A stretch of 64,000 nt of DNA, from contig NC_086109.1 of NCBI RefSeq assembly GCF_963921235.1, positions 620,001 through 684,000 of the forward strand, given 5' to 3'. Shown one piece after another: positions 1 through 12,000 of the stretch; position 1 is the stretch's first letter, and each line of letters starts with the position of its first letter. Source of the stretch: Mobula hypostoma (taxonomy: Eukaryota). The notes below the pieces were generated by a model. The model made no database searches and was not told the DNA's origin. It worked only from the letters and a program-made list of their open reading frames with translations. A program made the position numbers and the translations under genes.

Positions 1-3000
1 CAAGGCAGGAGTTTCAGGACTATAGTTTCAGAGCAGGAGTTTCACTTCAGGAGATTCAGTGTAGAAGTTTCATGTCCGGAGTTTGAAGGCATGAGTTACA
101 GGGCTGGAGATTCAGGGCAGGAGTTTCAGGGCAGGAGATTAAGGGCAGCAGTTTCATGGCAGGAGATTCAGGGCAGCAGTTTCAGGGTAGCTGTTTCAGG
201 GCTGTAGTTTCATGCAGGAGTTTCAGGGCAGCAGTTTCAGGTCATGAGATTCAGTGCAGGAGTTTCAGGGCAGTAATTTAAGGGCAGGAGTTTCAGGGCA
301 GGATTTTCAGGGCAGGAGTTTCAGGGCAGTAGAGTCAGGGTTGTCGTTTCAGGGCAGGTGTTTCAAGGCAGGAGTTTCAGGGCATGAGATTCAGGGCAGG
401 AGTTTCAGGGTAGATGTTTTAGGGCTATAGTTTCAGGGCAGGAGTTGTAGGGCAGGAGTTTCAGGAGAGCAGTTTCAGGGCATGAGATTCAAGGTGGGAG
501 TTTCAGCGCGAGAGTGTCAGGGCAGCAATTTCAACGTAGGAGTTTCAGGGCAGGAGTTTCAGGGCAGGAGTTTCAAGGCAGGAATTTCAGGGCAGTAGTT
601 TCAGGGCAGGAGATTCAGAGCAGGAGATTCAGGGCAGGAGTTTCCGGACAGGAGTTTCCGGGTAGCAGTTTCAGTGCAGCAGTTTCAGGGCACGACTTTC
701 AGGGCAGGACTTTCAGGACAGGAGTTTGAAGACAGGAGTTTCAAGTCATGAGATTCATGGCAGGAGTTAAGGGCTGTAGTTTCAGGGCAGGAGTTTCAAA
801 GACATGAGTTTCAGAGAAAGAGTTTCACATCAGGAGATTCAGTGTAGAAGTTTCTGTTCAGGAGTTTGAAGGCATGAATGTCAGGGCAGGCGATTCAGGG
901 CAGGGGATTAAGGGCAGGAGATTAAGGGCATGAGATTCAATGGAGGAGTATCATGGCAGAAGTTTCAGGACAGGTGTTTTACGGCTTGAGTTTCAGGGCT
1001 TGACTTTCAGGGCTTGAGTTTCAGGGCAGGAGTTACAGGGCAGGAGTTTCAGGGCAGGAGATTCAGGGCAGGAGATTCAGGGCAGGAGTTTCAGGGCGGG
1101 AGATTCAGGGCAGGAGTTTCAGGGCTGGAGATTCAGGGCAGGAGATTCAGGGCAGGAGATTCAGGGCATGAGATTCAGGGCAGGAGTTTCAGGGCAGTGG
1201 TTTCAGTGCAGTAGTTTCAGGCCAGGAGCTTTCGGCCAGTATTTTCAGGACATGAGTTTCAGAGAAGGAGTTTCACGTCAGGAGATTCAGGGTAGAAGGT
1301 TCACGTCAGCACTTTGAAGGAATGAGTTTCAGGGCAGGAGATTCATGGCAAGAGTTTCAGGGCAGGAGATTCAGGGCAGCAGTTTCAGTGCAGGAGTTTC
1401 CGGGCAGCAGTTTCAGGGCATGAGATTCAAGGCAGGAGTTTCAGGGTATGAGTTGCAGGCCATGTGTTTCAGATCACGAGATTCAAGGCAGGAGTTTCAG
1501 GACTATAGTTTCAGGGCAGGAGTTTCAGGCCATGAGTTTCAGAGCAGGAGTTTCACGTCAGGAGATTCAGGGCAGATGTGACACGTCAGTAGTTTGAAGG
1601 CATGAGTTTTAGGGCAGAAGATTCAGGGCTGGAGTTTCAGGGAAGGACATTCAGGACAGGAGCTTCAAGGTCGTACTTTCAGGGAAAGAGTTTTTGGGTA
1701 GGAGTTTCAGCGCAAGAGATTCAGGGCAGCAGTTTCAGCGCAGGAGTTTCCGGGCAGTAGTTTCAGGGCATGAGATTCAAGGCAGGAGTTTCAGGGCATG
1801 TGTTTCAGGTCACGAGATTCAAGACAGGAGTTTCAGGACTATTGTTTCAGGGCAGGCATTTCAGGCCATGAGTTTCCGAGCAGGAGTTTCACTTCAGGAG
1901 ATTCAGTGCAGAAGTTTCATGTCAGGAGTTTGAAGGCATGAGTTACAGGGCTGGAGATTCAGGGCAGGAGTTTCAGGGCAGGAGATTAAGGGCAGTAGTT
2001 TCAGTGCAGGAGATTCAGGGCAGGAGTTTCAGGGCAGTAGTGTCAGGGTTGTCGTTTCAGGGCAGGTGTTTCAGGGCAGGCGTTTCAGGGCATGAGATTC
2101 AAGGCAGGAGTTTCAGGGTAGATGTTTTAGGGCTATAATTTCAGGGCAGGAGTTGTAGGGCAGGAGTTTCAGGGCAGCAGTTTCAGGGCATGAGATTCAA
2201 GGTGGGAGTTTCAGCGCGAGAGTTTCAAGGCAGCAATTTCAACGTAGGAGTTTCAGATCAGGAGTTTCAGGGTAGGAATTTCAGGGCAGTAGTTTCAGGG
2301 CAGGAGATTCAGGGCAGGAGTTTCCGGACAGGAGTTTCCGGGTAGCAGTTTCAGGGCAGCAGTTTCAGGGCACGAGTTTCAGGGCAGGACTTTCAGGACA
2401 GGAGTTTGAAGACAGGAGTTTCAAGTCATGAGATTCATGGCAGGAGTTAAGGGCTGTAGTTTCAGGGCAGGAGTTTCAAAGACATGAGTTTCAGAGAAAG
2501 AGTTTCACATCAGGAGATTCAGTGTAGAAGTTTCATGTCCGGAGTTTGAAGGCATGAGTTACAGGGCTGGAGATTCAGGGCAGGAGTTTCAGTGCAGGAG
2601 ATTCAGGGCAGGAGTTTCAGGGCAGTAGTGTCAGGGTTGTCGTTTCAGGGCAGGTGTTTCAGGGAAGGCGTTTCAGGGCATGAGATTCAAGGCAGGAGTT
2701 TCAGGGTAGATGTTTTAGGGCTATAATTTCAGGGCAGGAGTTGTAGGGCAGGAGTTTCAGGGCAGCAGTTTCAGGGCATGAGATTCAAGGTGGGAGTTTC
2801 AGCGCGAGAGTTTCAAGGCAGCAATTTCAACGTAGGAGTTTCAGATCAGGAGATTCAGGGTAGGAATTTCAGGGCAGTAGTTTCAGGGCAGGAGATTCAG
2901 GGCAGGAGATTCAGGGCAGGAGTTTCCAGGCAGGAGTTTCCGGGTAGCAGTTTCAGGGCAGCGGTTTCAGGGCATGAGTTTCAGGGCAGGACTTTCAGGA

Positions 3001-6000
3001 CAGGAGTTTCAAGACAGGACTTTCAGGTCATGAGATTCATGGCAGGAGTTAAGGGCTGTAGTTTCAGGGCAGGAGTTTCAAAGACATGAGTTTCAGAGAA
3101 AGAGTTTCACATCAGGAGATTCAGTGTAGAAGTTTCTGTTCAGGAGTTTGAAGGCATGAATGTCAGGGCAGGCGATTCAGGGCAGGGGATTAAGGGCAGG
3201 AGATTAAGGGCATGAGATTCAATGGAGGAGTATCATGGCAGAAGTTTCAGAACAAGTGTTTTACGGCTTGAGTTTCAGGGCTTGACTTTCAGGGCTTGAG
3301 TTTCAGGGCAGAAGTTTCAAGGCAGGAGTTTCAGGGCAGGAGTTTCAGGGCAGGAGATTCAGGGCAGGAGATTCAGGTCAGGAGTTTCAGGGCAGGAGAT
3401 TCAGGGCAGGAGATTCAGGGCAGGGGTTTCAGGGCAGGAGTTTTAAGGTAGGAGTTTCAGGGCAGTGGTTTCAGTGCAGTAGTGTCAGGCCAGGAGCTTT
3501 CGACCAGTAGTTTCAGTACATGAATTTCAGAGCAGGAGTTTCACGTCAGGAGATTCAGGGCAGATGTGTCAGGTCAGTAGTTTGAAGGCATGAGTTTTAG
3601 GGCAGGAGATTCAGGGCTGGAGTTTCAGGGAAGGAGATTCAGGACAGGAGCTTCAGGGTCGTACTTTAAGGGAAAGAGTTTTCAGGCAGGAGTTTCAGCG
3701 CAAGAGATTCAGGGCAGCAGTTTCAGCGCAGGAGTTTCCGGGCAGCAGTTTCAGGGCATGGGATTCAAGGCAGGAGTTTCAGGGCAGGAGTTGCAGGGCA
3801 TGTGTTTCAGGTCACGAGATTCAAGGCAGGAGTTTCAGGACTATAGTTTCAGAGCAGGAGTTTCACTTCAGGAGATTCAGTGCAGAAGTTTCATGTCAGG
3901 AGTTTGAAGGCATGAGTTACAGGGCTGGAGATTCAGTGCAGGAGTTTCAGGGCAGGAGATTAAGGGCAGCATTTCAGTTCAGCATTTTCAGGGCAGGAGA
4001 ATCAGGGCAGCAGTTTCAGGGTAGTTATTATAGGGCTATAGTTTCAGGGCAGGAGTTTCAGGGCAGCAGTTTCAGGGCATGAGATTCAGGGCAGGAGTTT
4101 CAGGTCATGAGATTCAGGGCAGGAGTTTCAGGGCATGAGATTCTGTGCAGGAGTTTCAGGGCAGTAGTGTCAGGGCTGTCGTTACAGGGCAGGTATTTCA
4201 GGGCAGGCGTTTCAGGGTATGAGATTCAGGGCAGGAGTTTCCGGGTAGTTGTTTTAGGGCTATAGATTCAGGGAAGGAGTTGTAGGGCAGGAGTTTCAGG
4301 GAAGGAGATTCAGGACAGGAGCTTCAGGGTCGTACTTTCAGGGAAAGAGTTTATCGGGCAGGAATTTCAGCGCAAGAGATTCAGGGCAGCAGTTTCAGCG
4401 CAGGAGTTTCCGGGCAGCAGTTTCAGGGCATGAGATTTAAGGCAGGAGTTTCAGGGCATGAGTTGCAGGGCATGTTTTTCAGGTCACGAGATTCAAGGCA
4501 GGAGTTTCAGGACTATAGTTTCAGAGCAGGAGTTTCACTTCAGGAGATTCAGTGTAGAAGTTTCATGTCCGGAGTTTGAAGGCATGAGTTACAGGGCTGG
4601 AGATTCAGGGCAGGAGTTTCAGGGCAGGAGATTAAGGGCAGCAGTTTCATGGCAGGAGATTCAGGGCAGCAGTTTCAGGGTAGCTGTTTCAGGGCTGTAG
4701 TTTCATGCAGGAGTTTCAGGGCAGCAGTTTCAGGTCATGAGATTCAGTGCAGGAGTTTCAGGGCAGTAATTTAAGGGCAGGAGTTTCAGGGCAGGATTTT
4801 CAGGGCAGGAGTTTCAGGGCAGTAGAGTCAGGGTTGTCGTTTCAGGGCAGGTGTTTCAAGGCAGGAGTTTCAGGGCATGAGATTCAGGGCAGGAGTTTCA
4901 GGGTAGATGTTTTAGGGCTATAGTTTCAGGGCAGGAGTTGTAGGGCAGGAGTTTCAGGAGAGCAGTTTCAGGGCATGAGATTCAAGGTGGGAGTTTCAGC
5001 GCGAGAGTGTCAGGGCAGCAATTTCAACGTAGGAGTTTCAGGGCAGGAGTTTCAGGGCAGGAGTTTCAAGGCAGGAATTTCAGGGCAGTAGTTTCAGGGC
5101 AGGAGATTCAGAGCAGGAGATTCAGGGCAGGAGTTTCCGGACAGGAGTTTCCGGGTAGCAGTTTCAGTGCAGCAGTTTCAGGGCACGACTTTCAGGGCAG
5201 GACTTTCAGGACAGGAGTTTGAAGACAGGAGTTTCAAGTCATGAGATTCATGGCAGGAGTTAAGGGCTGTAGTTTCAGGGCAGGAGTTTCAAAGACATGA
5301 GTTTCAGAGAAAGAGTTTCACATCAGGAGATTCAGTGTAGAAGTTTCTGTTCAGGAGTTTGAAGGCATGAATGTCAGGGCAGGCGATTCAGGGCAGGGGA
5401 TTAAGGGCAGGAGATTAAGGGCATGAGATTCAATGGAGGAGTATCATGGCAGAAGTTTCAGGACAGGTGTTTTACGGCTTGAGTTTCAGGGCTTGACTTT
5501 CAGGGCTTGAGTTTCAGGGCAGGAGTTACAGGGCAGGAGTTTCAGGGCAGGAGATTCAGGGCAGGAGATTCAGGGCAGGAGTTTCAGGGCGGGAGATTCA
5601 GGGCAGGAGTTTCAGGGCTGGAGATTCAGGGCAGGAGATTCAGGGCAGGAGATTCAGGGCATGAGATTCAGGGCAGGAGTTTCAGGGCAGTGGTTTCAGT
5701 GCAGTAGTTTCAGGCCAGGAGCTTTCGGCCAGTATTTTCAGGACATGAGTTTCAGAGAAGGAGTTTCACGTCAGGAGATTCAGGGTAGAAGGTTCACGTC
5801 AGCACTTTGAAGGAATGAGTTTCAGGGCAGGAGATTCATGGCAAGAGTTTCAGGGCAGGAGATTCAGGGCAGCAGTTTCAGTGCAGGAGTTTCCGGGCAG
5901 CAGTTTCAGGGCATGAGATTCAAGGCAGGAGTTTCAGGGTATGAGTTGCAGGCCATGTGTTTCAGATCACGAGATTCAAGGCAGGAGTTTCAGGACTATA

Positions 6001-9000
6001 GTTTCAGGGCAGGAGTTTCAGGCCATGAGTTTCAGAGCAGGAGTTTCACGTCAGGAGATTCAGGGCAGATGTGACACGTCAGTAGTTTGAAGGCATGAGT
6101 TTTAGGGCAGAAGATTCAGGGCTGGAGTTTCAGGGAAGGACATTCAGGACAGGAGCTTCAAGGTCGTACTTTCAGGGAAAGAGTTTTTGGGTAGGAGTTT
6201 CAGCGCAAGAGATTCAGGGCAGCAGTTTCAGCGCAGGAGTTTCCGGGCAGTAGTTTCAGGGCATGAGATTCAAGGCAGGAGTTTCAGGGCATGTGTTTCA
6301 GGTCACGAGATTCAAGACAGGAGTTTCAGGACTATTGTTTCAGGGCAGGCATTTCAGGCCATGAGTTTCCGAGCAGGAGTTTCACTTCAGGAGATTCAGT
6401 GCAGAAGTTTCATGTCAGGAGTTTGAAGGCATGAGTTACAGGGCTGGAGATTCAGGGCAGGAGTTTCAGGGCAGGAGATTAAGGGCAGTAGTTTCAGTGC
6501 AGGAGATTCAGGGCAGGAGTTTCAGGGCAGTAGTGTCAGGGTTGTCGTTTCAGGGCAGGTGTTTCAGGGCAGGCGTTTCAGGGCATGAGATTCAAGGCAG
6601 GAGTTTCAGGGTAGATGTTTTAGGGCTATAATTTCAGGGCAGGAGTTGTAGGGCAGGAGTTTCAGGGCAGCAGTTTCAGGGCATGAGATTCAAGGTGGGA
6701 GTTTCAGCGCGAGAGTTTCAAGGCAGCAATTTCAACGTAGGAGTTTCAGATCAGGAGTTTCAGGGTAGGAATTTCAGGGCAGTAGTTTCAGGGCAGGAGA
6801 TTCAGGGCAGGAGTTTCCGGACAGGAGTTTCCGGGTAGCAGTTTCAGGGCAGCAGTTTCAGGGCACGAGTTTCAGGGCAGGACTTTCAGGACAGGAGTTT
6901 GAAGACAGGAGTTTCAAGTCATGAGATTCATGGCAGGAGTTAAGGGCTGTAGTTTCAGGGCAGGAGTTTCAAAGACATGAGTTTCAGAGAAAGAGTTTCA
7001 CATCAGGAGATTCAGTGTAGAAGTTTCATGTCCGGAGTTTGAAGGCATGAGTTACAGGGCTGGAGATTCAGGGCAGGAGTTTCAGTGCAGGAGATTCAGG
7101 GCAGGAGTTTCAGGGCAGTAGTGTCAGGGTTGTCGTTTCAGGGCAGGTGTTTCAGGGAAGGCGTTTCAGGGCATGAGATTCAAGGCAGGAGTTTCAGGGT
7201 AGATGTTTTAGGGCTATAATTTCAGGGCAGGAGTTGTAGGGCAGGAGTTTCAGGGCAGCAGTTTCAGGGCATGAGATTCAAGGTGGGAGTTTCAGCGCGA
7301 GAGTTTCAAGGCAGCAATTTCAACGTAGGAGTTTCAGATCAGGAGATTCAGGGTAGGAATTTCAGGGCAGTAGTTTCAGGGCAGGAGATTCAGGGCAGGA
7401 GATTCAGGGCAGGAGTTTCCAGGCAGGAGTTTCCGGGTAGCAGTTTCAGGGCAGCGGTTTCAGGGCATGAGTTTCAGGGCAGGACTTTCAGGACAGGAGT
7501 TTCAAGACAGGACTTTCAGGTCATGAGATTCATGGCAGGAGTTAAGGGCTGTAGTTTCAGGGCAGGAGTTTCAAAGACATGAGTTTCAGAGAAAGAGTTT
7601 CACATCAGGAGATTCAGTGTAGAAGTTTCTGTTCAGGAGTTTGAAGGCATGAATGTCAGGGCAGGCGATTCAGGGCAGGGGATTAAGGGCAGGAGATTAA
7701 GGGCATGAGATTCAATGGAGGAGTATCATGGCAGAAGTTTCAGAACAAGTGTTTTACGGCTTGAGTTTCAGGGCTTGACTTTCAGGGCTTGAGTTTCAGG
7801 GCAGAAGTTTCAAGGCAGGAGTTTCAGGGCAGGAGTTTCAGGGCAGGAGATTCAGGGCAGGAGATTCAGGTCAGGAGTTTCAGGGCAGGAGATTCAGGGC
7901 AGGAGATTCAGGGCAGGGGTTTCAGGGCAGGAGTTTTAAGGCAGGAGTTTCAGGGCAGTGGTTTCAGTGCAGTAGTGTCAGGCCAGGAGCTTTCGACCAG
8001 TAGTTTCAGTACATGAATTTCAGAGCAGGAGTTTCACGTCAGGAGATTCAGGGCAGATGTGTCAGGTCAGTAGTTTGAAGGCATGAGTTTTAGGGCAGGA
8101 GATTCAGGGCTGGAGTTTCAGGGAAGGAGATTCAGGACAGGAGCTTCAGGGTCGTACTTTAAGGGAAAGAGTTTTCAGGCAGGAGTTTCAGCGCAAGAGA
8201 TTCAGGGCAGCAGTTTCAGCGCAGGAGTTTCCGGGCAGCAGTTTCAGGGCATGGGATTCAAGGCAGGAGTTTCAGGGCAGGAGTTGCAGGGCATGTGTTT
8301 CAGGTCACGAGATTCAAGGCAGGAGTTTCAGGACTATTGTTTCAGAGCAGGAGTTTCACTTCAGGAGATTCAGTGCAGAAGTTTCATGTCAGGAGTTTGA
8401 AGGCATGAGTTACAGGGCTGGAGATTCAGTGCAGGAGTTTCAGGGCAGGAGATTAAGGGCAGCATTTCAGTTCAGCATTTTCAGGGCAGGAGAATCAGGG
8501 CAGCAGTTTCAGGGTAGTTATTATAGGGCTATAGTTTCAGGGCAGGAGTTTCAGGGCAGCAGTTTCAGGGCATGAGATTCAGGGCAGGAGTTTCAGGTCA
8601 TGAGATTCAGGGCAGGAGTTTCAGGGCATGAGATTCTGTGCAGGAGTTTCAGGGCAGTAGTGTCAGGGCTGTCGTTTCAGGGCAGGTATTTCAGGGCAGG
8701 CGTTTCAGGGCATGAGATTCAGGGCAGGAGTTTCCGGGTAGTTGTTTTAGGGCTATAGATTCAGGGAAGGAGTTGTAGGGCAGGAGTTTCAGGGAAGGAG
8801 ATTCAGGATAGGAGCTTCAGGGTCGTACTTTCAGGGAAAGAGTTTATCGGGCAGGAGTTTCAGCGCAAGAGATTCAGGGCAGCAGTTTCAGCGCAGGAGT
8901 TTCCGGGCAGCAGTTTCAGGGCATGAGATTTAAGGCAGGAGTTTCAGGGCATGAGTTGCAGGGCATGTTTTTCAGGTCACGAGATTCAAGGCAGGAGTTT

Positions 9001-12000
9001 CAGGACTATAGTTTCAGAGCAGGAGTTTCACTTCAGGAGATTCAGTGTAGAAGTTTCATGTCCGGAGTTTGAAGGCATGAGTTACAGGGCTGGAGATTCA
9101 GGGCAGGAGTTTCAGGGCAGGAGATTAAGGGCAGCAGTTTCATGGCAGGAGATTCAGGGCAGCAGTTTCAGGGTAGCTGTTTCAGGGCTGTAGTTTCATG
9201 CAGGAGTTTCAGGGCAGCAGTTTCAGGTCATGAGATTCAGTGCAGGAGTTTCAGGGCAGTAATTTAAGGGCAGGAGTTTCAGGGCAGGATTTTCAGGGCA
9301 GGAGTTTCAGGGCAGTAGAGTCAGGGTTGTCGTTTCAGGGCAGGTGTTTCAAGGCAGGAGTTTCAGGGCATGAGATTCAGGGCAGGAGTTTCAGGGTAGA
9401 TGTTTTAGGGCTATAGTTTCAGGGCAGGAGTTGTAGGGCAGGAGTTTCAGGAGAGCAGTTTCAGGGCATGAGATTCAAGGTGGGAGTTTCAGCGCGAGAG
9501 TGTCAGGGCAGCAATTTCAACGTAGGAGTTTCAGGGCAGGAGTTTCAGGGCAGGAGTTTCAAGGCAGGAATTTCAGGGCAGTAGTTTCAGGGCAGGAGAT
9601 TCAGAGCAGGAGATTCAGGGCAGGAGTTTCCGGACAGGAGTTTCCGGGTAGCAGTTTCAGGGCAGCAGTTTCAGGGCACGACTTTCAGGGCAGGACTTTC
9701 AGGACAGGAGTTTGAAGACAGGAGTTTCAAGTCATGAGATTCATGGCAGGAGTTAAGGGCTGTAGTTTCAGGGCAGGAGTTTCAAAGACATGAGTTTCAG
9801 AGAAAGAGTTTCACATCAGGAGATTCAGTGTAGAAGTTTCTGTTCAGGAGTTTGAAGGCATGAATGTCAGGGCAGGCGATTCAGGGCAGGGGATTAAGGG
9901 CAGGAGATTAAGGGCATGAGATTCAATGGAGGAGTATCATGGCAGAAGTTTCAGGACAGGTGTTTTACGGCTTGAGTTTCAGGGCTTGACTTTCAGGGCT
10001 TGAGTTTCAGGGCAGGAGTTACAGGGCAGGAGTTTCAGGGCAGGAGATTCAGGGCAGGAGATTCAGGGCAGGAGTTTCAGGGCGGGAGATTCAGGGCAGG
10101 AGTTTCAGGGCTGGAGATTCAGGGCAGGAGATTCAGGGCAGGAGATTCAGGGCAGGAGATTCAGGGCATGAGATTCAGGGCAGGAGTTTCAGGGCAGTGG
10201 TTTCAGTGCAGTAGTTTCAGGCCAGGAGCTTTCGGCCAGTATTTTCAGGACATGAGTTTCAGAGAAGGAGTTTCACGTCAGGAGATTCAGGGTAGAAGGT
10301 TCACGTCAGCACTTTGAAGGAATGAGTTTCAGGGCAGGAGATTCATGGCAAGAGTTTCAGGGCAGGAGATTCAGGGCAGCAGTTTCAGTGCAGGAGTTTC
10401 CGGGCAGCAGTTTCAGGGCATGAGATTCAAGGCAGGAGTTTCAGGGTATGAGTTGCAGGCCATGTGTTTCAGATCACGAGATTCAAGGCAGGAGTTTCAG
10501 GACTATAGTTTCAGGGCAGGAGTTTCAGGCCATGAGTTTCAGAGCAGGAGTTTCACGTCAGGAGATTCAGGGCAGATGTGACACGTCAGTAGTTTGAAGG
10601 CATGAGTTTTAGGGCAGAAGATTCAGGGCTGGAGTTTCAGGGAAGGACATTCAGGACAGGAGCTTCAGGGTCGTACTTTCAGGGAAAGAGTTTTTGGGTA
10701 GGAGTTTCAGCGCAAGAGATTCAGGGCAGCAGTTTCAGCGCAGGAGTTTCCGGGCAGTAGTTTCAGGGCATGAGATTCAAGGCAGGAGTTTCAGGGCATG
10801 TGTTTCAGGTCACGAGATTCAAGACAGGAGTTTCAGGACTATTGTTTCAGGGCAGGAATTTCAGGCCATGAGTTTCCGAGCAGGAGTTTCACTTCAGGAG
10901 ATTCAGTGCAGAAGTTTCATGTCAGGAGTTTGAAGGCATGAGTTACAGGGCTGGAGATTCAGGGCAGGAGTTTCAGGGCAGGAGATTAAGGGCAGTAGTT
11001 TCAGTGCAGGAGATTCAGGGCAGGAGTTTCAGGGCAGTAGTGTCAGGGTTGTCGTTTCAGGGCAGGTGTTTCAGGGCAGGCGTTTCAGGGCATGAGATTC
11101 AAGGCAGGAGTTTCAGGGTAGATGTTTTAGGGCTATAATTTCAGGGCAGGAGTTGTAGGGCAGGAGTTTCAGGGCAGCAGTTTCAGGGCATGAGATTCAC
11201 GGTGGGAGTTTCAGCGCGAGAGTTTCAAGGCAGCAATTTCAACGTAGGAGTTTCAGATCAGGAGTTTCAGGGTAGGAATTTCAGGGCAGTAGTTTCAGGG
11301 CAGGAGATTCAGGGCAGGAGTTTCCGGACAGGAGTTTCCGGGTAGCAGTTTCAGGGCAGCAGTTTCAGGGCACGAGTTTCAGGGCAGGACTTTCAGGACA
11401 GGAGTTTGAAGACAGGAGTTTCAAGTCATGAGATTCATGGCAGGAGTTAAGGGCTGTAGTTTCAGGGCAGGAGTTTCAAAGACATGAGTTTCAGAGAAAG
11501 AGTTTCACATCAGGAGATTCAGTGTAGAAGTTTCATGTCCGGAGTTTGAAGGCATGAGTTACAGGGCTGGAGATTCAGGGCAGGAGTTTCAGTGCAGGAG
11601 ATTCAGGGCAGGAGTGTCAGGGCAGTAGTGTCAGGGTTGTCGTTTCAGGGCAGGTGTTTCAGGGAAGGCGTTTCAGGGCATGAGATTCAAGGCAGGAGTT
11701 TCAGGGCAGTAGTGTCAGGGTTGTCGTTTCAGGGCAGGTGTTTCAGGGCAGGCGTTTCAGGGCATGAGATTCAAGGCAGGAGTTTCAGGGTAGATGTTTT
11801 AGGGCTATAATTTCAGGGCAGGAGTTGTAGGGCAGGAGTTTCAGGGCAGCAGTTTCAGGGCATGAGATTCACGGTGGGAGTTTCAGCGCGAGAGTTTCAA
11901 GGCAGCAATTTCAACGTAGGAGTTTCAGATCAGGAGTTTCAGGGTAGGAATTTCAGGGCAGTAGTTTCAGGGCAGGAGATTCAGGGCAGGAGTTTCCGGA

